This document shows, piece by piece, positions 22,701-33,852 of a stretch of DNA of 64,000 nt. The stretch is from Lama guanicoe (lineage: Eukaryota). Where the stretch lies: contig MU053859.1 of NCBI GenBank assembly GCA_013239625.1, positions 1 to 64,000 on the forward strand. The letters are read 5' to 3'. Under the pieces are notes generated by a model. That model did no database searches. It saw nothing but the letters and a program-made list of their open reading frames with translations, and was not told where the DNA came from. The translations under genes were made by a program, and so were the position numbers. Positions within the stretch are counted from its first letter, which is position 1, and every line of letters starts with the position of its first letter.

Positions 22701-25700
22701 ATTCATGTGACCAGTTGATTGAAATCTCTTGATTCAAACATAGAACAACAACACGTTACAGACAGAATAGAATATTACCTGCAAGGCTGGTGATATTTTC
22801 TTTCTGAGAGAAGTCCATTTTTTTAACTGCACTCACTGCAAAGAAAAAAAGATAATAAGAAATATTTTTTAATGAATAACAATCTAGGTATATGAGAAAA
22901 TACTAGCACAAAATAAAGGCATGCAAATAAAAATTCAAAGTCTCCTTCTTTTTTTTTAATCAATATATCTTTTAAATCTCTTTTCATTTATACCAGTTCA
23001 CATATATTTGAATACCACTCTCTCTCCACTCCCTTTTATGATATTTGTTTGCTAATCTGTAAAATTTCTTATAGTTTGATGAGTTGCATCCTTTAACAAG
23101 TTCTTCAATCCCCCCCTGACAGTTAGATTTAGAAGCTTGTTAATATTAAGAATCAAAAAAAAGTTTTTTGCAAAAATATATTATAAGGGGTACTGAGAAA
23201 GTACATAAGGGAAAGGGAAAGTACATAATGTCTGGTTGTTCCACTTTTACTGGTGTTAATTTTATTGGTGATTTCAGATGTGGTCAGCATGAAGCCATCC
23301 TTTATAAAATGCCACATCATTCTCTAAGCTAACTGTTTTAGCAGCTGTTGATGTTCTTTGTCTCCATTTATTATTTTATTAAGGACTACCCAATAGTGGG
23401 TTTTTAAACTTCTGTAAATTCCTTCTGTAATTATGACTATGATTCTAAATAAAACAACCCCTTTTTCCCCATTGACTGTTTGGTTTTCCTAAAGCACAAT
23501 TCACATACAAAAGACTAAATCATATTGCTTGACCCTTTTCCTTTTTCTACTAATCTTTAGAATGAGTTGAGGCTCTAAGAACTCCCAAAGGTGACCAATT
23601 TGTTTTTAACTTTACAGCTTTTTTTGAGGCATAGTTGACACACAGTGAACTGCATTAATGATGCTGAGTAGCTTTTTCAGTACTTGTTAGATGTTCACGT
23701 ATCACTTTGATGAATTACCCGTTCAGATTTTTTGCCTATTTTTTTTATTGGGTTGTTTGTCTTTTTAGGACTGAGTTGTAAGAGTTTTTGTATATTCTAG
23801 ATATGATTACTTTGTTGGATATGTTTTATAAATAATTCCTCCCAGTTCGTGGCTTGAGTTTTCATTTTCTTAATGGTGTCTTTTGATAAGCAAATTTCTA
23901 TTTAAAATTTTGATAAAGTTCAGTTTATCCATTTTTTTTCTATTATGGATGGTACTTTTGGTGTTATGTCAAAGAAATGTTTGCCTAACCCAAAGTCATC
24001 AAGAATTTATTTTGTGTTTTAGTTCTTATTTAGGAGTTAATTTTTGCATATGATATGAGGAGAGATCTAATTTCTTTTCTTTTTTTTCTTTTTTTGTATA
24101 TGGATATCTAGTTCTGGCACCATTTGTCGAAGTGATTAAATCCTTTGAAACCTTTCCTGATTGAATTGCCTTGACACCTTGTCAAAAAGGAGTTGATGAT
24201 AGATGTGTTGGTCTTTTGCTGGACTCTCATTCTGCTCTGGTGACCTGCATGTCAGTGTAGTGTTATGCCAGCACCACACTGTGCTGATTACTATAATCAT
24301 GTAAATATATAAATGTATATATGTGAATATGCATATTTCCATGTAAACTTTAGAGTCAGCTTGCCAATTTCTATGAAAACATCTTGGAATTTTGACAAGA
24401 ATCTGCTGAATTTATTGATCAATTTGAGAAGAATTGCCTCTTTAACAATATTAAGTCTTCTGATTCCATAAACAAGGTACATAGCTCCACTTACTTCAGC
24501 CTTTAATTTCTTTAGGCAATGCTTTCTAGTTTTCAGTGTATAACTCTTGTATTATTTCTTCCTTAAATATTTGGTAGAATTCACTAGTGAAACACCGTAG
24601 GCCTGCTGTTTTCTTTGTGAGAAGGGTTGTGTTTTGTTTTTGTTTTTGTTTTTGTAAATTCAGTTTCGTTAATAGATATGGAAGCTATTCAGTTTATCTA
24701 TTCATCCTTGAGTGCACTTTGGTATTTTGTGTCTTTCAAGAAATTTGTCTATTTCATTAAATTCGTTGGCATAGAGTTATTCATAATCTTCCTTTCTTGT
24801 CTTTGGGATCTGTAGTGGTATCCCCTCTGATTTCTGATATTGATAATTTGTGTCTTTTCTCTTTTTTCTTCCTGATAAGTCTGAGAAGATGTTTTTCACT
24901 TTTATTTATCTTCTAAAATATCTAGTTTTCGGCTTTATTGATTTTCTCTGTTTTTCTGCCTTTCATTTGATTGTGATGCATTTGAAGAGAATACATACTA
25001 TGCTGTTGTTGGTCAGCATGTTCTGTCAACGTCAGTTACATCAAGTTGGTCTATAGGGTTGTCAAGTCTTCTATGTCTTTGATTTTTTCTGCCTACTCAC
25101 TCTGTCTATCCTTGAGAGAAGAGTATGAAAATAACCAACAATGATGAGTTTTCCTATTTCTCCTTTTAGTTCTCCCTTTTTCTCCTTCATGCTCTTGGAA
25201 GCTCTGTCACTGGCTGTGTAAATGTTTAGGACTGTCACCTTTGTTGTTGCATGATCTGTCCCATGTATGGTCACGCAAAGTCCCATTAACTTGACTCCTG
25301 GATCTTTTTGACATAATCTTAGATCTGTGATCGTCTTCTTGTTCCCCTCATGACAAGGCATTTCAAAATGTGTTTTGTACCTGTCTTCCTTCAATCCTGG
25401 AATTGGCCATTTCTCTTAAGAGCCTGGTTCTTTTTGTTGGGAACAAAGTCTCCCTCTTCTGCTATACTTCTATCCTCTCCTGCCCCAGAATTCACCTCTT
25501 TTTACCATATCTATTTTTACTCCTTTAAGTGTTAATCACAATTCTAAATATTGTGTGCATTCTTAAACTTCACTCCTATTACTTTTTTGTGTATTACTTT
25601 TTCTACTGAACTTTCAAATCAATGTTATTTCATCTTGTTGCAGGCACACACACACTCAAAATCTCCTTTTTACTGTATCAAGTGCCTTCAGCTTCTTACT

Positions 25701-28700
25701 TGCATTATTTTCAGATTGTTTTCATATGAACTGAATTAATTGCTTTCCAGGAACATAAAACAGCTGATAACTTGAAATGCCTTTTCATTAGATTCTTGGG
25801 CTAGCTTCACTCTAACTAAAAATCAGCCCCACTCCCTTATTTATTCCAGGAGAATGCGTGGAAAATGTGAGTTAAAATTGAATTTGTTCATAAGTTTGAA
25901 GACATTGCTACAGTGGTGTCTTTTCATGTACATTTAAAAATCTGGTGCCAGTTTGTCTTTGCTTTGGGAGAAAATGAATTCTTTATGTAAACTTTTAAGA
26001 TCATGTCTTTACCCATGGTATCCTGAAATACAATAAATCTATCTATCTATCTATCTATCCATCCATCCATCCATCCATCTGTCATCTATCCATTTATACT
26101 TATTTTTGTGTCATATTCTGAATTTTGCTGATTCTTACAAGCTGGAAATTCATGTTTTTGCTTTTTCTCCTGAAATTTTTAAAAATATTATTTTTTATTA
26201 TTTCTTATGTACTTTTCCCTCTATTCTCTTTTTCTGAGAAATTGTTAAATATTGTCCTTCCTGTATGACCGTATTTTCTGTTTTTGTCTCAAATATTCTA
26301 ATATTTATTTATATTTAAAATTTTTTTCTGACACTTTTCTCTATGTTCTGGAATATTTGGTTAGCTACCATTTTTTTTTTTTAAGATAGAAAGGATGTAG
26401 GAAATAGCCAAGCTATGCAGTAGATCAATACACTACTTCCTTCACCCATTCCAGAACCAAAATAAGAGGACACACACCCCATTGCACCAACACTCCATAA
26501 AAGAGGAGAGCCCCAGTGCATGCATCTAGTTTTATATACATAGTCATATATCTCATTGTTTTAAGAACATTTTTTGGACGTGGTATGGTGGTAAAAGCCA
26601 CTGTATGAGTGGAGTAAAAGGTTGTCAAGACACCAGCCTAAAAGGCCATTCCTTGAACAATCTTTCTGTTAATTGCTTTGCTTTAGACCTCACTTTACAC
26701 TCTGGACTCTTATCTCTGAAAACGGGGTCCTGCCTGGGTTTTGCCCTGTGGGATAGCTTTCATCTAGATGTAGCCATCTGCTACATTTTCTCTGAACTGT
26801 GGTTCTCTCCATTGATTTATCCAATAGCATTATCCCATCCGCTTTTCATTTTCTTTACAATTTTCTTCTCTTTCCATTCTGCACTTCTGTTAGTTTATTC
26901 TATTTTCGTTACTGTTTTTACTGTTCTAATATAAATCCTGGGAGAGAGCATATGCAAATGTTTTTGATCAATACTTTGTTCTGAGCTGAAAACTATGGAA
27001 AATATTTTTAAATATTTGGTCAAATACTAGTCAAAGTACAAGCACAACCTTAACTGAAATGCAAATATTAAAATTGTCACAGCATTATTAGAATAAAAAT
27101 ATCAATAGGAAAAATATTGCCCCACTAGTATTTCTTCAATGTGTTAAACTTTACTGGTTTCTTCTCAATAGTGCCTTTCTCAAAAAGAATGATTGAGCCC
27201 TACATTTTCAGGAACTATAGTTTCAAGAGAAAGAAAATTATAGAAACCATTAATTAGTCTGGTTGTTTCAAAAAGAACAACTATAGAATACACACATTAA
27301 ATACCACTTCAGAAAATAAAAGGTGCAGATACTTTAAAATTATTTTCTCTCAAAGTGATACCAATGAGCACATACTTTTTTTTTATACGAATATATCATT
27401 ACTTTTTATAAAATGGTAAGTCAGTCTTTTACTGGTGATTCTTCATAAGAAGAGATGTGGAATATATGTTATTTTTATATTTTATATTAAAATATTTCCT
27501 TCTATATGAAAATAATTTTGTAATATGACACAATGGACTGGTCAGTTTAATTTACCAATATTGGACTCTAATGTGGAGCTTATCTTGATATTAAAAGTAA
27601 TTAAAGATCAACTTTTTTTCTGAAAGTGCAAAAATAAGTAAAAATTCCATAGTCACACCAAAAGTCCAGGCCAATCACTGCTGTGATGATAATGAGGATC
27701 CCAATGCATACAAATACTAGCAAAAGACAGTGATATTGTAGATACAGAGGGACATCTGAAATGGTGAGATTTTTTTCAGGAACTTTAGAACTCTGTGATT
27801 ATTCACTTTATGAACACTTTCCTGTTTTACTTTTATTACAGAGACAACCCATGTTCATTTTAGACATAGTGTTAGAATTGATTGTTTATTTATAAACTTT
27901 TTCCTTTATTTAATTTATTTTTCTTTATTTAATCTTTATTTTATATTAATTTATAATCTAATTTATGACTAACATTTATGATTAATTGAAAATAACAAAT
28001 ATTTACAGTCCAAAAACAGAGATGCAACTGTTATTGAATGTGTTGGATTACAATGTCATTGTCTTGCTTTGCTAATTATTTGATGATTTTTTTGATGACA
28101 AAATGATTTATTAATATACAGTATACACAATGTACAGTAGTATATTAAAACTATTACATAATAGGGTATAAAAATATAAAATACATGATTTATACTCTAT
28201 ACACAGAATAATATAATATATATTATATATCAGGTACTGCCATGGGTATTATTTTAACGACTCACTGTAACAAATAAAAGAAGAAAAAGAACATTTATTG
28301 AAGTTCTATTATGTACCAGTCACTGTACTGGGAATATTGCCGTGTTATTTCATTTTTATGTATGATATACTGTATTTTCCTGGCTTTGGTATTTTGGACA
28401 GGAATCAGCATCAACCTAAACAGCATGGACCTCTGATTAAGGATGCTTATCTAGAACTGTGCCATCTACTCCCTTGGCTCAGAGTTGGCAAGTCTCTTTA
28501 TAGAGAAGTAACACGCATGTCTCTGTTTACTCTATACCTACATTAAACAGGGATATGCATGCTATGATCCTCTTTCAATTTTATCTATTTTTGCCACACA
28601 CTGGCACTTTTGGATAAGTTGGAATACACACTCTTTCCACAAAAAAGGTGAAGGCAGATATCTTTCTATATGCAGACGGCATAGGGATAGTATTGCAACC

Positions 28701-30981
28701 TAGAAGCATCCTGGCCAGACCACTTACCACACCACTGACAAAGTCAAGTAATTTGATACTCAGATAATTGTCTGCCAATTTTAGTTAGTTTATAAATAGA
28801 GAAACGCTTAATTCCACTACCTTGGTTACCTTCTAAGTCATAGTTTTAAAATGCTATTTCTCAAATTGGGTAATAAGTGGATGTTTCACTTCAATTAATT
28901 TTGATGGACTTGGTATCACTGATAATGTCTATAGTACACACTAATAGGATGTGCTGTAGGCAGTAAAACTTCTTAAATGTGTTGCAGTGTTGTCTGCATT
29001 ACAGAATAAATCCAGAATAAGTTTCTATTTTTCCCTCTTGCCTGTGGATATTTCTTCTGCTCAAACAGAAGTAGAAAGACCTCTACTTAGCCCCAAATCC
29101 TCAAAACACATTTTTGCAATTTTATGAAAGGATAGAAATCCCAGGCGCATGGCTCTGCAATTAACTGGTTCTATCTCTGCCGGAGAGGGAAATTTTAAAC
29201 TCTTGGCCAAATAATATTATAGCTATAAATTAAAAATCAATATTCTCTTGCACAAGCCGCAGTTATAAAATGTATCAGGCCAGGTACCTGGAATGCACTG
29301 CCCTGGTCCATTCTAGCCAGTTGCTGTTGGCCCGCGTGGTTCAGTATTAAGACATTGCTCTTTGAATCCCATTATTATCACTACTCAAGAGCACTAATTA
29401 TGTTACTCACATCCGATTTATGATAGGAAGATTTCCTTTCTGGATTTAGCAACAAGATTAATTATATCCATCCTAAGCAATAGGTGTAAATTTGTATCTT
29501 GACAGTGTGAGCCAAATAAGTGCTCAGGTTTCTCTTACTCATCAATAGTAAGGAAGCTTAGAAACCAGTTGACATCAAACACAGACATACTCAGGGTATG
29601 CAATTTTTGCTGAATTGCAGGCTTAATTTATGCTGCCAGTCTTACTCATCTTTCACTCATAATTCAAATGGACGTTACCTGGTGTTCTGTGTATTTATAC
29701 TCAGATTTCATGTCTTCACTCCCTTTCTATTATAAGATGGTTTATACATTAAAGAGCAAATAGTTAATAATTTAATGTCCACATTAAAAACAATCACACT
29801 ATAGATTTGCTTTTTTATTGAGTTTAAGAGGAGAAAAAATAATTGCCAAAAGCCACGCACCTAGTTTAGGGTCCAGTTCAGTCAATTTGATTCCAATGGT
29901 CTTAGTTTTCATTACAGCAAAGTTAAGTTACTAATGAAAAAAGGAAGTGTTGGTTCCTGGCATTGAAACCGCAAAAGGGACCCTGAGCCTTCAAATGATG
30001 AGAAAATACCATGTTTCTGAAAAACAATGTTTTTTGAATTTGCAAGATGGAAACTGAGATAGTGTGTGAGAATGTCCTGCAATCGTGTATGTGGCAGAGC
30101 TGCGGTAGTGACCAGCGAGTCTAAATTTTTGACCCATGTCATCCCGGCTGAGATCTTGGCTGTTTCAACAGAATTATTTAAAAAATTTATTTTGGACAGG
30201 CTGAATTTAGACACCAGTATTGTTTATTAAACTTGTCTATAGATCTGAAATAAAAACCCAAAACTAAAAACAACCTTGTCGCAGATACAGCAGCCTCAAA
30301 TGACAGAGATAAATGCTTTCTTTTATTTTGCCCTTCTCTCGTTCTTAGTGGACTGTTCTGCCAATCTCATGTATCTTTTGTGAAGATTGAAAAATACAAT
30401 ATGTATGTGTGTGTGTGTGTGTATGTGTGTGTATATATATATATATGATTTTTAAGCTGTAAAACACCATAGCACCCTTGTTACTTCCCCCATCAGCCCT
30501 AGTTCTTTACCTTCTGAGTGAAATAGATACCTTGTAGATATGTAGATAACATGTATGTAGATAACATAACCTAGTAGTCGCTTCTCCTTCTTATGTTTCA
30601 TAGAAGTAATTTATATAAAAAATACTATTTTCGACCTTTCAGTTGAAAGTTACACTCTTACTCATATGCTACTACTTTGAGGGGATTATAAATCATCCTA
30701 TTAGCATTTCTCTGGCTCTTGTGGCTGCAAAAATCGAGTTTTCATTGCTGATGCTTACATGAGCCTCAACAATTGATCTTAGACAACTTATGAGCAGCTT
30801 TTAAATCCCAGAATACGGTTAACTTTAACACTTTAAAGATTTCAAAGATAGTTATTCTCTTAGGAGAATAATGCAGTTTTAAACTGAAGTCTGAATGCAG
30901 AGGAGCAGTATTCCTACCTTTAGACCTTTTTCTGGATTTGAAGTGATTCTTCAGCATCATTTAGCCATCTTCATTCTCCAT
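16589..30981 (-). CDS. KLRF2: KLRF2 (NKp65) gene, 6 exons; nonsense at codon 7 (hemITAM Tyr); 190-aa frame open from Met at 30960
   Basis: Exons 30918-30981, 27657-27755, 22779-22826, 19123-19271, 18741-18856, 16589-16706, all GT-AG and phase-compatible; motifs MENEDG, LYxQYxCLLL, KKMDFSQ, VYSEDC, GICQRDA match human NKp65 as recalled. Confidence 0.9.
16866..17255 (-). mobile_element. LINE-1 3' end
   Basis: Poly-T followed by L1 3'UTR antisense motifs. Confidence 0.75.
18741..18856 (-). CDS. KLRF2: KLRF2 exon 5 (CTLD 2)
   Basis: ctctatag acceptor, gtaagt donor; EFTQKSLKLGHPSWIGLYMISPGKQWMWINEHLFMEQK. Confidence 0.92.
19123..19271 (-). CDS. KLRF2: KLRF2 exon 4 (CTLD 1)
   Basis: ttccttcag acceptor, gtgagg donor; NNFVCPEDWLWNQGKCYMFSTFSKTWNERQRDCAKLQAHLPVIQNSEEL. 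Confidence 0.92.
21069..21718 (+). mobile_element. MaLR LTR (MLT1-like)
   Basis: tgtggt...start; aataaatt...gtggcaatttgttatac...gaaaactagcaca end. Confidence 0.65.
22180..22630 (-). mobile_element. ERVL LTR (MLT2-like) with internal (TG)n
   Basis: gacctTcaacggattggatggggcccacc and ccagccaagttcacacacaaaattaac motifs. Confidence 0.7.
22779..22826 (-). CDS. KLRF2: KLRF2 exon 3 (stalk)
   Basis: tgcag acceptor, gtaata donor; 48 nt; FKKMDFSQKENITSLA(G). Confidence 0.85.
23600..25440 (-). mobile_element. Old LINE-1 ORF2 fragments
   Basis: Degenerate translations (STVWCWH, YGIRRLNIVK, LNIYTASDRASK) resemble L1 ORF2; boundaries approximate. Confidence 0.7.
26037..26092. repeat. (ATCT)n(ATCC)n compound microsatellite
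   Basis: Direct reading. Confidence 0.85.
27657..27755 (-). CDS. KLRF2: KLRF2 exon 2 (transmembrane)
   Basis: tttcag acceptor, gtgact donor; 99 nt; DVPLYLQYHCLLLVFVCIGILIIITAVIGLDFW. Confidence 0.88.
30918..30981 (-). CDS. KLRF2: KLRF2 exon 1 (cytoplasmic) containing in-frame TAA at 30963-30961
   Basis: ATG GAG AAT GAA GAT GGC TAA ATG ATG CTG AAG AAT CAC TTC AAA TCC AGA AAA AGG TCT AAA G|gtagga. Confidence 0.88.
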
Positions 30982-31084
30982 TTCCTCAAATGTATTCTTG
31001 TGACGATATCTAGAAAATACTGAAACTAAAATGGAGAGTAGCCTCAGCCTTGGATATTTCTCCTAGGTGTAATGTACCAAAAAC

Positions 31085-31141
31085 TGATAGGAAGTCCAAA
31101 AATAGTCAAAATTTACTTGGACGTGGTTATCTGAAACCACA
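31085..31141. promoter_or_regulatory. Candidate KLRF2 proximal promoter motif cluster (GATA, ETS, RUNX)
   Basis: tgatAGGAAGT, gtggttatct and aaccaca within 105-160 nt upstream of the ATG; motif match only. Confidence 0.35.
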
Positions 31142-31625
31142 CAGGATATGTTGGTGAATGAAAATAAAAAGACATGCAATTTTCTGGCTAAAGTTCTGTT
31201 TGTTGCAAGGTAAAGGTGACTGTTTTATTTGACTCTTTTCAACAATTATTTACTGTGCTTACTTGTGCACAGTTTATTAGGAACATAATAGTAAACAAGA
31301 TAAACATACTTCTTACTTTCATGTTTCTTCTATTCTAGTAGGAAAAAACTGAGATAAATCAAATAACCATCAAACAAACAAATAAAATCAGTGTCTGGTT
31401 AGATATGAATAAACATTTTTGACTTAAAAAATTTAAATAACCATTTTGCTATTTGGGGATATATCTGGCAAGCAGAATCTAGATAAAAAGGTTTAGATAA
31501 AGCAAAACAGGAAAAGAAACAGGTCAGTAAGTCTCAAATTAGTGGCAATAACAATTATTTTGAAAACAATAACTTTTCAAAAATGTTTTTTCAGAAAAAT
31601 TCTTGGCAGATTTTCCTTCAGTAAG

Positions 31626-32043
31626 TGTGATGGTTAACTTTATGTGTCAACTTGGCTGGGCCACGAGGTGCCCAGAAACTTGGTCAAACATGATTCTGAG
31701 TGTTTCTACAAATATGGTTTTGGATGAGATTAACATTTGAATCAGTGGACTTTGAGGAAAGCAGATTGCCCCCCATAATGTGGGTGGGCCTCATCTAATC
31801 AGTTGAAGGCCTGAATAGAACAAAAAGACTGGTCTCTCTCAACCAAGAGAGAATTTTCTAGTTGTCCACTGTGCCTTCTGACTTTATCTATAACATTGTC
31901 TGGTTCTACTGCAGATGGCATTTGGACTCAGAATTAAATATCAGCCATCCAGTATATCTAACCTGCTAGGCCACCTTGCAGATTTTTAACTTGCCAGCCT
32001 ACAAAATTGCCTGAGCCAATTCCTTGAAAAAAAAAAAAACCTG

Positions 32044-32086
<43 letters not shown>

Positions 32087-32131
32087 GCTATCCTATTGGT
32101 TCTGTTCCTCTGGGGAAACCTGACTAATACA
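31626..32131 (+). mobile_element. ERVL LTR (MLT2-like) with (TCTA)n
   Basis: tgtgatggttaactttatgtgtcaacttggctgggcc ... ctgactaataca. Confidence 0.8.
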
Positions 32132-32885
32132 ATATTAGTTATGAAGCCCTATAAACGCCACCAAATAACATGCATACAGGTGCTCTGTACCACACCAAAG
32201 TCTGAAAAACAGCTCTTAGTAAACAATGTTTTAAGTATACTTGATGTATGCTCAATTAATGTGTTATGATTATAAATATGATACATTGGGGGTATCATGT
32301 TTAAAAGAAGTTGAAATTAAAACCTTTTGGTTAATAGCAGCCAAAATAATAGTTTCTATTTTGAAATCTTCTTGTCTAGTCTAAGCTCAGGTGATCTGTG
32401 GATTTACCCTTCTGCTTTTCTCTGTACAAACTAGGCAGGTGATGTCACGCTTATTTCTGAGCCCCTATTATAATGTAGGAAAACTTTATTCTCCGGGCTT
32501 CTTAGACCACACTAACCATTGGTGATATTTTAGTGAAAAATAACTCTTTGAAATCATCCACTGCTTCCAAATGCTAACTGCAGTGTTATGTTTCAGTCCT
32601 TGTCTTACAGGAAACACGTAATCATCACACTTTTTTCTCTTACAATTCCCTTCATGAAATAATCCTCTCTTCAGTTTTGGGACACCACACTCCTCTGATA
32701 TTCCTCCATCCTATCTGATTGCCTTTTTCCTTCATGCAAATTCATCGCTCTTTCACTACCCACTTTCCTCTCTGTTCTCATTTCCTTTTCCTTTCAGTGT
32801 CCCGGTCAGAACAAATGTAGTGTTAATTCTGAGGCAGCCTGTGTGACAGCAGCTGCTTCTCTTCAGTTTTCCTCTTAGTGTAAGT

Positions 32886-33050
32886 ACATTCGCCCCACCC
32901 CCATGTCCGCAGGTTCTGCACCGGGGTGTCAACCAACTGTGGATGGAATCCGTGGATGGGGAACCCAGGGTACCAGGGGCCGGACAGTGGATTGTAATGA
33001 ACTTGAGCACCCCAGATTTTTGGAATTCCCCATGGATACCAAGGATTGAA
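32886..33050. mobile_element. DNA transposon relic (Tigger/MER2-like)
   Basis: tcaaccaactgtggat...gaacttgagcacc..agatttttgg...ccccatggatacc motifs. Confidence 0.55.
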
Positions 33051-33185
33051 AATTCTGATGAAGACAGATTTGAAAAGGAAATAGTGGCCTGATGACATTA
33101 GCATAATAACATTATTATCCTAAATATTTATGATAACATTCTGAGTACTTTTTAACTTTCTGTCCCTTTTTCTCTCTTTTTTTTC

Positions 33186-33190
<5 letters not shown>

Positions 33191-33224
<34 letters not shown>
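33191..33224. repeat. (GT)n microsatellite upstream of CLEC2B
   Basis: About 17 GT units. Confidence 0.9.
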
Positions 33225-33225
<1 letters not shown>

Positions 33226-33620
33226 TGTCCGTGTGCATGCCCACACTGGTGCACAAGTTTGTGTTTAAGATAGAGAGAAAATGCTTTTTATTCTGGTTTC
33301 AGTAGCCACTTTAAAGTGTAGCTTTTTTCTTTAATGCCGTCACCTTTGCGATGGTCTTTCTTAACACTTGGTAATTAAACCTTAACGTCCTAAAGCATGC
33401 TTTGTAATTAATTAGTATTCTTATCTCTTGTGGCTCTGGGAGGACATTTGTTATGTTTCACTCTTGGGAACATTAAAAAAAAATAGCCACTTGAATGTAT
33501 TTTTTGCTCTAGGTTCAGATGAGGATCTTTGAAAAAGTAAGAACATATCAGTTTTTTGTTCTTCAGTTGTTAGTGAACATTTCTCTTTTCCAGTAAATGT
33601 TTTGTTTTGTTTTTATTTCA

Positions 33621-33654
33621 CAGGAAGCAACTGTGACTCAGTCTTCGTCACATG
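33621..33654 (+). promoter_or_regulatory. Candidate CLEC2B proximal element: ETS (CAGGAAG), AP-1 (TGACTCA) and CRE half-site
   Basis: caggaagcaactgTGACTCAgtcttCGTCA about 125-155 nt upstream of the ATG; motif match only. Confidence 0.45.
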
Positions 33655-33776
33655 GCTACTTTCCTTTTGAAAAATCTCTTTACAATCGTCTTTTACTTCA
33701 AAGTCGTGTAACTCTAGTTTGGAGCTGTGTTGTAAAAACAACGTTTTTCACACTAATGTTAAAACTTTGAAGAGAA

Positions 33777-33852
33777 ATGACAAATACAGCAGTAAGCAAC
33801 CAGTTAGCTGCCGAAGATGCAAAGAAGGTGGAAACTGAGAAAAAGAAGGAAG
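33777..33852 (+). CDS. CLEC2B: CLEC2B putative exon 1 (cytoplasmic)
   Basis: MTNTAVSNQLAAEDAKKVETEKKKE with g|gtaaga phase-1 donor, compatible with exon 2. Confidence 0.7.

Noticed and set aside
26371..26640. Poly-T-led segment as a processed retrocopy
   Set aside because: No TSD or recognisable coding similarity found; would need BLAST
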